Below are positions 11,682 to 22,600 of a DNA stretch of 33,000 nt, one piece after another (the stretch's first letter is position 1; each line of letters opens with the position of its first letter). A program made the position numbers and the translations under genes. A model generated the notes under the pieces. The model searched no databases, was not told the origin of the DNA, and saw only the letters and a program-made list of their open reading frames with translations. The stretch is from contig OZ320313.1 in the NCBI GenBank assembly GCA_976226885.1, positions 149,513,001 to 149,546,000 of the forward strand. Reading direction: 5' to 3'. Origin of the DNA: Iphione sp. A-MEVVRFRX5. Taxonomy: Eukaryota.

Positions 11682-13381
11682 TCAATGTTGCTTAACCAAA
11701 ACTTTAAAGCTCTTCTTTTCAGCGTCAATCCATCTAGCACGCAATCGATTCCATTGAGTAATTCCATAGTAGATGGAGCTTGATCTATACAGTTCTCTCC
11801 GAGGCTTATCCACAGCTAGTATCGCCCTACTAGCACCCCTAGTCCTAGTAGATGGCCTGTAAGGGCAAATTGACAAACGATGAAGATCATTAAACACCAA
11901 GTATAACAGATATTCATATCTTTCCCATAAATTCATTATCTCATTATCTTGTAACCACTGCTGAAGAGTCGCTGTAGGTGAACCTGGATGCAACACACAA
12001 CCCCTAATAGCATTTCTCCATGCGACTTCCAGTCCCTGCTGATCCAATTTCCTACCACCCAGTACCAGTGGCAGGGCATAGTCAACATGAGGGGACAGAA
12101 ATGCAACCATTAACTTCTTCCTTAGATTGCCATTAAGAAACAAACAGGCTCTTTGAATTGCAAATTTTACACTACATGTATTCATGTTCTTGATTTTCCG
12201 TGTTATAAATAAGCCAATCTTTAAACGGTTATCAATGAGCACACCCCAAAAAAGAGAATTCCCTAACTTGTCCAATTTTGTCACTTCCCCACTGTATTCC
12301 TAACTCAGACCCTGCTGCTTTACTAAAAAACTGATACTTCGTCTTAGCCTTGTTGATCAAAAGTCCATTCTGAACAGACTAGTGAGAAACAGCATTTAAG
12401 GTATGTTGGACTTTCGTATTCAATGCAAGATCATTAGAGCCGAAGGTTAAGACCATAATATCATCCACATACAGAATTATATTACTGGGAAATTAAACAG
12501 AAAAAATGAATTAATCATCAATAAAACATCCAGGGGCCTAATATTGATCCCTGCGGAGCTCCCCTCTACTTACCCCGATCCTGTCAGACACCACTCCATT
12601 ACACACTACCTGCTTACAGCGAACCTCTAGATAGGAGCTTAACCATTTATAGGCAAGGTCCATCACCCCTATTTCTATTAATCTATGAAACAATAACTTG
12701 TGGTCTACAAGATCAAAAGCTTTAGACATATCTAGGTAAGTTGCACAGATGTACCTTCCTTGATTAATGTGTTACATAATTTCTTTAATTAGATACGTTC
12801 CTGCTACCTGGGTTCCCCTACCCTCTCGAAATCCAAATTGGAGTTCATGAAGAAATTTATTCCTTTCAACAAAATCTGACAGTTGCTTCCACACTATCCT
12901 TTCCACAATTTTCACAGACACTGGAAGCAGGAAAATCGGCCTATAATTATAACATTGAACAGCACTACCACCCTTATGCAGGGGCACGACTGTGGCTAAT
13001 TTCCAATCAGTAGGAAAGATTCCTTTATTCAAGAATTTAATGTAGTGATGCAGAGTCAAAAGCAAAGCTTGCTTTAGGATATGCGATATGCGAGAATATG
13101 CAGTTAATCCTAACTACTAATTTCGCAACCTCAGAGTAAATAAATTCTGTAAAAGCCATATATTCTGGCACTGAGACCCTACCCCTGTCCTCTACAACTG
13201 GTCTTACTTTCTCACCTGCATCATGAACTGACCGAATAAAGCATTCATTCAGCACTGTCGAGACATCCATACTACTCACTGTCTGATCCTCCACCTTCAA
13301 CTGGATCTCGCTGTGGGTGTTAGTCTTTCCAAAGACAGTTGAATTTATAACCTTCCCAAACCTTCTTTCATTCCCTACCAC
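11682..13381 (-). pseudogene. LINE ORF2 reverse transcriptase and C-terminal region, broken by frameshifts and stops
   Basis: DWKLATVVPLHKGG...NYRPI...QFGFR (12772-13065), MSKAFDLVDH (12538-12729), frameshifted PQGSILGP near 12530-12560, and catalytic ILYVDD (YVDD at 12460-12471). Confidence 0.9.
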
Positions 13382-13716
13382 CTAAAGAATCTGGTTTTCT
13401 AGCCATCTTTTCCTAAGTTTCGTAAGTTCCCTATTCACAACATTCCTATGAAAACAAAAGATCCTCCTAACATCCATGTCCCCGGTGTGAACCCACTTCC
13501 TGAGGAAATAATCTCTCTCCTCTCTCCCTGCATGTAACCTAGATATAACCTAACTGGACCTATCCTCTCCGATCACCACTTCCTAAAACAGAGTTAATTC
13601 ATCGGGCACATTACATTACAACCCACCTGTCCCACAACACATTGACCAATTCATTCACTTGTACATGCCAACTGCGAGTAGCTAATATCATTTCAAACAG
13701 CTCAAACGACTACTCT

Positions 13717-14405
13717 CTATAGTTTCTCCTCAAGATCACCATCCGAGGCGCTGCCCTGCGCCTGAGTTTGAAGTCTATAATAACAGGCCAGTAATTCACC
13801 GTTACCACATTTCATAACTCCATGTCTTACGTAATGTGATGTGGACACATAGATATGGTCTATGCACCCCATTCCTTGGTGAGAAGGATTCTGAATTACC
13901 TGTGATAGCCCACAATTATGAGCAAACTGGTTACTCCTATTATACCTGGCATTATTCAACACCCAATTGACATCAAAGCCACCCACAATAGAGGTTTCAT
14001 ACCTATCCCTATGAATAATGTTATTAACCAATCCTTCCAAAATTACTAGAAAGCCCTCCAATGGCCCACTAGGCATCCTGTACACTACAAAGACAAACTG
14101 AGTTTTCCTGTCATTCAGCCTATAACAAACAGCTAATATTTCTCGTTCAATGCCAGGATAGCATGAATCTGCAACAATTTCTGAATCAGATGACTCTCCC
14201 CAACGTTTCTTTTTTGCCTTTTGTACATTCCTATCATCGCAGTATATCCTATAACCAGGAAAGTTTATAATACTGTATGGCAACGTGGGAGGTAACCAGG
14301 TTTCTGTCAATCCCAGTACATCACATCGCATATCCTTCATCATCAGGTCCACTTCCCCAAGTTTGCCTAGCAAACTCCGGCAGATTAAACATGTTTCAAT
14401 ACAAT
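13717..14405 (-). pseudogene. LINE ORF2 apurinic-like endonuclease (APE) domain, disrupted
   Basis: DVLGLTETWL, VYRMPSG, GGFDVNW (degenerate GDFN) and CIDHIYVS. The N-terminal NCRSLLGK is recoverable across a 1-nt insertion near 14385. Confidence 0.85.
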
Positions 14406-15346
14406 AGTCCTAAACTTAACTCAACACTAATTAGCTGTTCCCCTGCAGACCCAGCATCACAGCATCCAGTCCCTAGCCGTTCTCTCAGTCGAGTAACAAC
14501 CATCTCTTCAACATGAAACCTACTCCTATAACGTCCCTTCACTACCGTATATACAGGTTGGGCAGTGGCAGGTGCATACATGTTATGTGCATAGTTGAAT
14601 TCATGAAAGATATTATTCATTATGTATTGGTGAATACTCTTTGGAACTGCAATGTTGCTCTTCCCGGCCTGTATTTGAATACAGAGCTATGCAAAACAGC
14701 AAAAACCCCAACCTAATGGACAATCGACCTTGTTGACGTCCAATTTTACTCAGAAAAGCATACAGTCAAAGATTAAATTTTCAGTATCCGAGTGAGCTAA
14801 TGATAGTTGCTTTGACTCTTTGTCCTGAATAGTCAAATTATTAATACCTAGAAATACATATATACAATATCATACTATATGACTCAATTATCATTTAACA
14901 TGTCTGACAATAATTGAAGTTTTGCTCCTGGAATGAATGGCACATTAATGTCTACCTCATTCATGGCATATCACTGTTGATCAAGATACAAATGCCTGCA
15001 GTCCCCTGCCTCAAAAGTCTGCTAAAATTATTCCGTGAGAGTCATTTCAACAGAGACAGCCAGAACGATTCTAGTTGATGCAAACAGTTACACATTCTCA
15101 CACCACTCCACCTATGGCGCCTATAACAATTTTCTGTGAATGTAATGGATTTTACATATATAACATCATACCAGATATGTATACAAGGCGGTAGCTAGAG
15201 GGAGATCTGCTTCAGTACATGTCGAAATCAAAAGGGAGAGAATAAGGGAAACTATATGTGACATCTGTTTTACATTAAAGGTAGCATTGGTGGATGGTTT
15301 TTCAATATACATGCTTGTCTATTTCATGTATGTATCTGTTACTTGT

Positions 15347-15424
15347 GGATATGGAAGATCCCTGTTGTATGATAGGTGAATATATTCCTGTTAAAAGATA
15401 CAATGAAATGAAATGAAATGAAAT
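15347..15424 (+). mobile_element. 3' tail fragment of the SINE (or its partner LINE) ending in (ATGAA)n
   Basis: GGATATGGAAGATCCCTGTTGTATGATAGGTGAATATATTCCTGTTAAAAGATACAATGAAATGAAATGAAATG is nearly identical to 29026-29107. Confidence 0.8.
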
Positions 15425-18227
15425 ATGTGAGTTGCTTCCCATCTATTCATCTCATTTATGGCTGCGTTACTATGATATTAATCCATTGAACATTGGTATT
15501 TTTGAATATGAATGGTTAACCAAGATGTTTGATATATCGGTTTCAATACCAACAGTTCTCAGCCTGGTTACTAGGTGTCATTATATCTATTGTAGTTAGT
15601 ATGTGTACATAGAAAGACCATCATGCAGTTGGCACATCAGAGTCATTTCACAAGATGGAGTTTACACTGAAAAGGTTAATTGTGTACACGCACATGAAAA
15701 ATCACCTTGATGAGCTGGCACGGGATTCTGTTAACAGAATCAAGTGGTGAATAGACATTGCTTATCAGAGGTTGCGATGGTGTATACCTGCATGGATTTC
15801 ATTTTGTGTCAATCTTAAAACATATTGGTGTACCTCAACTATTATAAAAGTGAGGGATTCTCTTCCAAACAGGTTATTGGTCTGCGATATCGCACTTGTT
15901 CTAATCATGCCATGCACCCACTATACAAACACAGTACACCATGTCCCATTTGTTCTGTAAAAACATTGTGACCTTTAATAAGTCCCAGTGACACCATCTG
16001 TATTATAAACCTTTTGATTATCTGGTGCAAGCGCCTCAATGATTGCACCAACCACCCCTGCAGCAGGGAGGTAACGGCCAGACTGACTGAGATTAATTGG
16101 GTCATCACTTGTAAGCAAACTTAAAGTAGGACAATATCCCTACACCAATTGAAAAGGTAGTGCAATTCCACCACTCTCTAAGAATTTTTAATGATTATCT
16201 CTTCCCATGTTCAAATTAAAACATATAGAAATTCCTCTTTCTTAAAAAAGTATCTTTGGGTATTCTTCTGTAAAATAAATTATGTACCTTCCTGAATCTA
16301 CCCTTTCATTTGTCTGAAGAGCAATGGTTGCACGCCATACTGAACCTACTCGGTCTTCCCCTTGATGTTAAAAGTCGTCGGTGACTTGTTTTTCGGTACT
16401 GATTCCGGCTATGTTCAACCCTACATTTCGTTGCAGCCCTGGGCCTCACAGAGCCATGTGTTACCAATATAACGATGCGTCTGTTCTATTTTTTACGATG
16501 TCCAAGTCATAGCATTTAATACAGGAGTTTACTTTGAGCGACAACATAGCCACCTCCCTATCAGCTCTGAAATTCGTACATATATTCACGTGCCCTTTCT
16601 GGTTCAAAATTCGTAGAAGTTTTTTATAAGAGCGCTCTTTGTTTAAGATATTCTCAGAGAGAGAAATAAACACTTCATTGTCTGAAGCCCTTCGTTATTT
16701 ATTTATCAATCCTCATAGCGAAATATGGGGGATGTTGATATTCAGTGACCCTATAATTGAACTAATTAAATGTCTTTCTACCACATCTGAATGGCTTTGA
16801 AAAATAGCAGCCGGGTGCGGTGATGCATGCGCATAAAACCTTGAATAAATTCGTGTACCAGTTTTATTCCAATAGCTGTTTTAAGATATAAATATCAAGC
16901 GGTCATCTTTACGTAAAGGACATGAGGATATGTATATAGGTTGTGTGGAGAAGCCTAACTTCTTCCCCTTGGGACCCCCATGACGCTGAGCGAGCTGTCA
17001 CCCACCCAGGCGGAGGTGCCCCTACATGTCATAACCAAAGACCCCAGACGTCAATCTACAGATTGCAACCAGACCAGTTTCCCTTTGGAACCTCTACCTT
17101 TGACCTTTGGAATAATGGACTAGTGATCTACCACTGAGCTGTCTGGATTCATTACGCAAGCTACCGATCGGCCTAATGCATGAAGAATAGATCTCGTCAT
17201 GACTTGAACAAATGTACGACTAACTAGTGAATATACACACAGAATGGCAGTCTCCTCTCGGTCTCGTTACGTCTGTCTCTCTGCCTCTTTCGTCTCCTGT
17301 CGTAACCTCTCTCGTATCTGCCTTTGAAACATACTTTGAGCTAACCCATGTAGAAGACTAACCGTTGATGATCTTACATTCAACAAATAGATACCGTACA
17401 TTTATTTATAATATATCATACGTTCTCTAAGGGGACCGACTCATCCAGAGACCAAGACTGTCCTTGATTGACGTCATTTTATCATTTCTGCTACGTTCAG
17501 AGGAAGAGGAAGCTTAAACTTTATGAACCGAGCAAAATACCCCAGCCTTCAACAGATCGATTAATAATATTCGCTGCTAATTTACCAACAATGTAGGTAT
17601 GTTCCGTCCTTTTGAGGTAGTTCTTTGACTAGTCGGTGTAGGTTTATTGGGTTTATTTTGCTTACGTATGATTCATCTCGATCCATTGGTCCTAATGAGG
17701 TATACAATGAACAGAACATTAGACTCGAAACGAAAGCAAACATATGCCCGGCGAGATACCGAGGTGAAACCAAGAGAAACACATAGATGGTTTCTATCAT
17801 ACAATCAACCCTCTGTATCTGCACCGACTCGGTTTGAGAGAATGATATTTGATTAGCATGGGAAATTACGTTTGTTGTTATAGTATATATTATGTTCATA
17901 ATTATGAGAGATCGCGCATACCGAGTGTTCAGATGCCATAGTCTGATTCAAACCAGAAGCAGTTCCAATCCCAGTTGCTAGGCATCATTGTATCTGCTGT
18001 CCCGATGTAGAAAGACAAGTAAGGTACATTAAAGATTAGTGGCGCTCACGTTATAAAACATTATAGGGTTGAAGCAAGATCTAACTGGTCACAAAAACAT
18101 TCTGATGTATGTATATCACCCGTGAAAATAAAGAATAATAGTATTGTTGTAGTCTAACCTTATATGTTACTGCGATGTTATAATATCCCGGTCTACTTTC
18201 TCTAAATTCCTCCGTAGATTACATCTA

Positions 18228-19178
18228 CAGACAATACTCCAAGTCCGAACACTCGAAATCCGAACCGCCCCAAAACCGAACGATTTCCTGTGTTTAGCTA
18301 CTCAGATATACGAAATATGCCAATTCTGAATCCGAACGCTGGTATTTCATTAAAATTAGTTAAAATTATACTCGAAATCCGAATGCTCTGGAGGGGCAAC
18401 CGAGCTCGCCCCGTCGACCGGGGGCCTCTCCGTAGGTGTCGATCGAGGTGAGAGCTGTTCAAAGGTTAGCGATTTGGAGGGGAACCAGGCTCGCTGGCAG
18501 CTCACCCCGTCGACCGGGGCCCTCTCTGTAGGTGTCGATCGAGGTGAGAGCTGTTCAAAGGTTAGCGATTTGGAGAGGAACCAGGCTCGCCGGCAGCTCG
18601 CCCCATCGACCGGGGGCCTCTCCATAGGCCATCAAAGGAGTAGCGAACTGGAGGGGAACCGAGCTCGCAGGCAGCTCGCCCCGGTCGACCGGGGGCCTCT
18701 CCGTAGGTGTCGATCAAGGTGAGAGCTGTTCAAAGGTTAGCAAATTGGAGGGGAACTGAGCTCGCCCCGCTCTCAGCGGCAGGCGTTGATCGAGGTGAGA
18801 GCTGTTCAAAGGGTAGCGACTTGGAGGGGAACTGAGCTCACCCCGGTCGACCGGGGGCCTCTCCTTAGGTGTCGATCGAGGTGAGAGCTGTTCAAAGGGT
18901 ACCTACCTGGAGGGGAACTGAGCATTTTTATAGATATGCATAGTCAAAAGTCAGTTTTTGGTTGTTTTCTCTCCATTATTTCAGGTTTAGAATAGATCAC
19001 ATTCATTATATGATTTATTTCATTTCTCAGGTATGGAAAGTGTTGATGTAGGGCCTGGGGCCTCCCCTAACTGATTGAAATTGGCAGTGGCCTTAGGCCA
19101 CTATTCCAAATACGAATGATCCCAAATCCGAACGATTTTAGCAGAAACGGCGATCGTTCAGTTTTGGAATTTTCTCTG
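18228..19178. mobile_element. Tc1/mariner-superfamily non-autonomous element (TA TSD) with an internal tandem array
   Basis: TA|CAGACAATACTCCAAGTCCGAAC at the left and (rc) TA|CAGAGAAAATTCCAAAACTGAAC at the right. Subterminal AATCCGAAC-like motifs repeat near both ends. Confidence 0.7.
18389..18923. repeat. GC-rich tandem array, about 6 units of 80-96 bp, most with a palindrome
   Basis: RTCGAC cores at 18413, 18509, 18605, 18684 and 18846. Perfect CCCCGGTCGACCGGGG at 18679-18694 and 18841-18856. AGGTGAGAGCTGTTCAAAGG recurs five times. Confidence 0.9.
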
Positions 19179-19370
19179 TATTTTCATAACTACACATGAG
19201 ATATCCTTTGCATCTTTACTGCAAGATGGTGGTCTCAACCTATTCAGCCTGGCCTCGTGCATCATAGGATTGTGATCTTATAATACGGCTACCCTTCTTT
19301 ATTCCTTTATAACTGCACACCTGATATCACTCAATTGCTCCTTCCCCTTTAGACAACAGTCTGGGACTTA

Positions 19371-19680
19371 GGGCGGGCTGATTTGGCCCATTCAGCCCGA
19401 TTGGCTAGCCCAGACAAGCTGCCTGTATGGACGAGGCGTGCGGGGGGAACCGGCCATTACCGTGTGTGTTTCATTAAGTAGAGGTGGCGTTACAATGCCA
19501 GCTCCCTCCTCCATCATTGTTTTGACCTGATTTATGACAGCGTCCCTGTCTGCCGCACGCGTAGAGGGTTAGATGGAGTGGGCAATATAAACAGGGCGGC
19601 GGATTCGGGGGTGCTGGGAGATGCAGGTAACATCCCGACCCCCAACCCCTCCACCCCACCCCACCCCACCCCTCCACAGT
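19371..19680 (+). promoter_or_regulatory. Candidate promoter/enhancer island
   Basis: GC box (19371), ATTGG (19400), CATTGTT (about 19514), TGATTTATGAC (19528-19538) overlapping TGACAG (19535-19540), TATAAA (19586), GGGCGG (19594), then ATGCAG|GTAAC (19621-19631) and a C-run tract. Motif-based only. Confidence 0.35.
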
Positions 19681-22600
19681 CATCGTTTCATTCTACCAAG
19701 CGTTTTTTTAAAGAACGCAGAAACCAGTAGACAGGAGGTTAGGCAGTGTACATTCACGGTGGTATAAATAATTTGTTTTGATAGATTATGATTTTTCGAC
19801 AGAATTTCCGGTCCTGTACATGCGCCAAAACATGGCTCTTCAAGCGTGCGTTTTCAGCAATGAACAGATTCCGCTGTAAATTCACCTTAAACAAATTAAG
19901 ACGCCCAAAAGAAAGATTAACCTAGGTGTTGAAAATATGGCTTGCAAGAAGGTTCCTACATGCACGTAAACATCTTCCCCGAGAATTAATTGATGATTCA
20001 CACCGAACTTTAAAAGTGTTGCCCCCTGGGTATAGTGTCGGCGATGAAATAGGACTTTTTTCCCTTGAAGACGTGCCGTTATGTGAAGGGTCTGGCTCTG
20101 TGGCGCAATAGCTGGGGGTCCTCCAGGGTCCCATATCACCTTTGGTCATAGCTGTGGCTTAGATTACAAGTCTGATGAGATGGGGTACGTTTTTCAACTG
20201 GTATGTCAGGGTTTGGATGGAGTGTATGACTTCCATTAGAGGCACTCTCTTAGACGCTGCTTCCATATACATGTACACACATCTGTTGCGTAGGCTTTGC
20301 ATTGTGCCACTAAGAGGACTACGGATATGTTCACTCCTGTTTCCTGTACATATGCAACATCTATGTCTACATAGACACCGGGTGAACTGGTCACCATGGT
20401 GTTTTTCATGTTAGATTAGCTGTACTCTGATGTAGTCTTAGGCTGGAAATCCTTTATAATACATGTACTAGGAATTGATAATATATACTCAGACACAGAA
20501 GTAGCATATGTGTATATAGAAACCCAGCAAACTGACACATTGGCTGCCTGATATAGGTGCATGAGTCGTGCAACAAAAAGTATATAGAAACAGTGCCTAT
20601 TGATGGTGTCGATGAGATGAAGGATACCGTAAACAAGCAGTTTATCATAGGATATGGCAATTTACAAGCAAGACGTTTGATTAGGGGTGTGATGTCTAGG
20701 TATAAAACATTAAGGAGAGTGTATCTTCTATCACAGTTCGCTAAAGTGTATCTATGACATTTGGTCTTCTCCTACATAATAGCCTCATCCTTTATGCAAT
20801 ATCTACCTCATGATAATACTCTTTATCACAACACTGCTATCCTCCCAAAGTGCCACCTATCCGTCACATTATCCTTACAGTACACTTTAAATCACGAGAG
20901 TTCTCTATCGTGACCTGGGTGTAAACTTCACATTACCTACACCATGATGTAGCTTCTCTATCATGCTGGATCTTCTTGCATCATAAGCTCTTTACCAATG
21001 TGTGTCCTCTACGATAGAGGTTTGCCTTTCACAGGAAAGGGTTTCATCATGACATAGCACAAGTCATGATAATCTTAAATGCCGAAAATGAAAGGGTGCA
21101 CTTCTGGAGTTGTCTTGCATTGTAATTTTTAGGTAAGAGCTCTTACTAAATAGGATCGGTTCACCATAACCTAATGGTATATGATGAATTTTGCAATGTA
21201 CGTAGCTAAGGAGGGGAAGAGAATCATTGATGGCTTATTTTGTAGCAATCATGGCGGTACCACTGCTACCCAAATATGCCTTGCATCAGTGTGTGTCTGC
21301 TGCACATCAGTGAGAACCTTATTAAGCAGTACTCCTAATGACAAAATGCTCTACCTCACGGTGTTACTTTTATGATAGCATATGTACCTTCTCTTACAAC
21401 AGGGACCCTATAACAATGTGCCCCGCCGTTACATCTCAGCAATCCGGCAAGCCGCAAGAATGGCAGACAGGATAAAGGAGGGGCTTTGTCAGTTCCCTCT
21501 GCAATACATTCATTGTCTTACTTGGGAGATTGTCAATTAGTAAGGTTTCCACTGTATATCACATTGTAGTCTCTTTCCCAAAATTACTTCTAGAGCAATG
21601 GTTGCTATAGTATGTTTACCATCATGATATGATATCGATCGCAATACAGCTCCAATCACACTGACGGTGGATACACAATGAGTCTGTTGTCCACTGTGCT
21701 TTCGTTTTAAAAGTGATCATTTTCGGCATGTTTTACGAAGCCGGTATGCCATTTTAACAACATAATATCTACTATATTTGTATCTTCAATACAGGCTGCT
21801 TCTGGTAAGATTTTTAACACAAAATCTCCAGAGTATATCTGTCTAACTATGCGTTTCCTGTGCCTGTGTAGCTTCTCTTCCAGCATGAAGTTTATCAGAT
21901 TGTGCTTTCCATCACGGCCTCCGCTCTTTCCGTTCACCACTAATATGATGTGTCTGTCCAATAAGCGTGTGGCACCCATCATTTTATGTTATATTTATAT
22001 GTTGTATATGTTACAATGATATACACTCTATGATCCTGCACCTTCCGTCACATAATGTCACATTGCTTCACCGAAAACCATGCACAGCTTAAGATAATTG
22101 CCTTTTTTTTTTTTACAACAGAGCCAGTACTAAAAATCTCGCAGTTGTACCATCACCATTCTGTCCGTAACCGGGTCTGCTATCAAAAGATGATCTTTAT
22201 AAAAAATTCTGATAACTTAATATTTTTAAAATTATACCTTTCATGGTACCATATCGTCCCAATGTTATTCTTCCACTGTTTTCTTTTTCATGTGCACACA
22301 ATTCTTGATGATTTACTCACTTGCTGCGAATACAGGGAGATTCCCACCACGCGAGAAAAATTGAAAAAAGAATTTACGCAATCGACTGTTAAATCAAAGG
22401 AGGTTCAAATGGCTTTATAGAAACGATCACGGATAAAGCACCCAGTTTTTATGTGGCGAAGAATGACTCCCTCTCACGTGAATGCAATTTCCATTCCTGG
22501 TTGTAGGACCTTCCCGGGCCAATCAATTTATTTTTTTTCTCATCCCATCTTTCCCACTACTAAGGTTTTCTATCAGGTTTGATATGCTCGGGTAGGGCTT

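Larger units (their letters stand above)
11568..14520 (-). mobile_element. Decayed CR1-group (L2/Crack/Daphne-like) LINE with nearly the whole ORF2 and its 3' tail
   Basis: APE endonuclease, RT and C-terminal ORF2 segments occur in order on the minus strand. The C-terminal part has PHVDY and STRTR...SIYYGITQWNRL motifs. The 3' end has AATAAA (11593-11598) and a (CAAAT)-like tail at 11568-11587. The 5' boundary is uncertain. Confidence 0.9.

Noticed and set aside
15525-17620. Partial matches to known miRNAs: miR-190-like (15525-15537), miR-9 5' end (rc of 17031-17041), let-7 seed (17613-17620)
   Set aside because: Matches are only 8-13 nt, diverge immediately afterwards, and have no proper precursor hairpin; they are expected by chance.
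18389-18923. CRISPR-like array (regular palindromic repeats)
   Set aside because: The sequence between palindromes is itself repeated, so there are no unique spacers. There are no cas genes, the context is eukaryotic, and the array lies inside a TIR element.
21707-21982. 91-aa minus-strand ORF loosely resembling a LINE ORF1 SGNH esterase (ILPEAACIED...HAEND)
   Set aside because: No GDS motif and poor spacing, with no adjacent ORF2 remnant. The resemblance is too weak to call without an HMM search.
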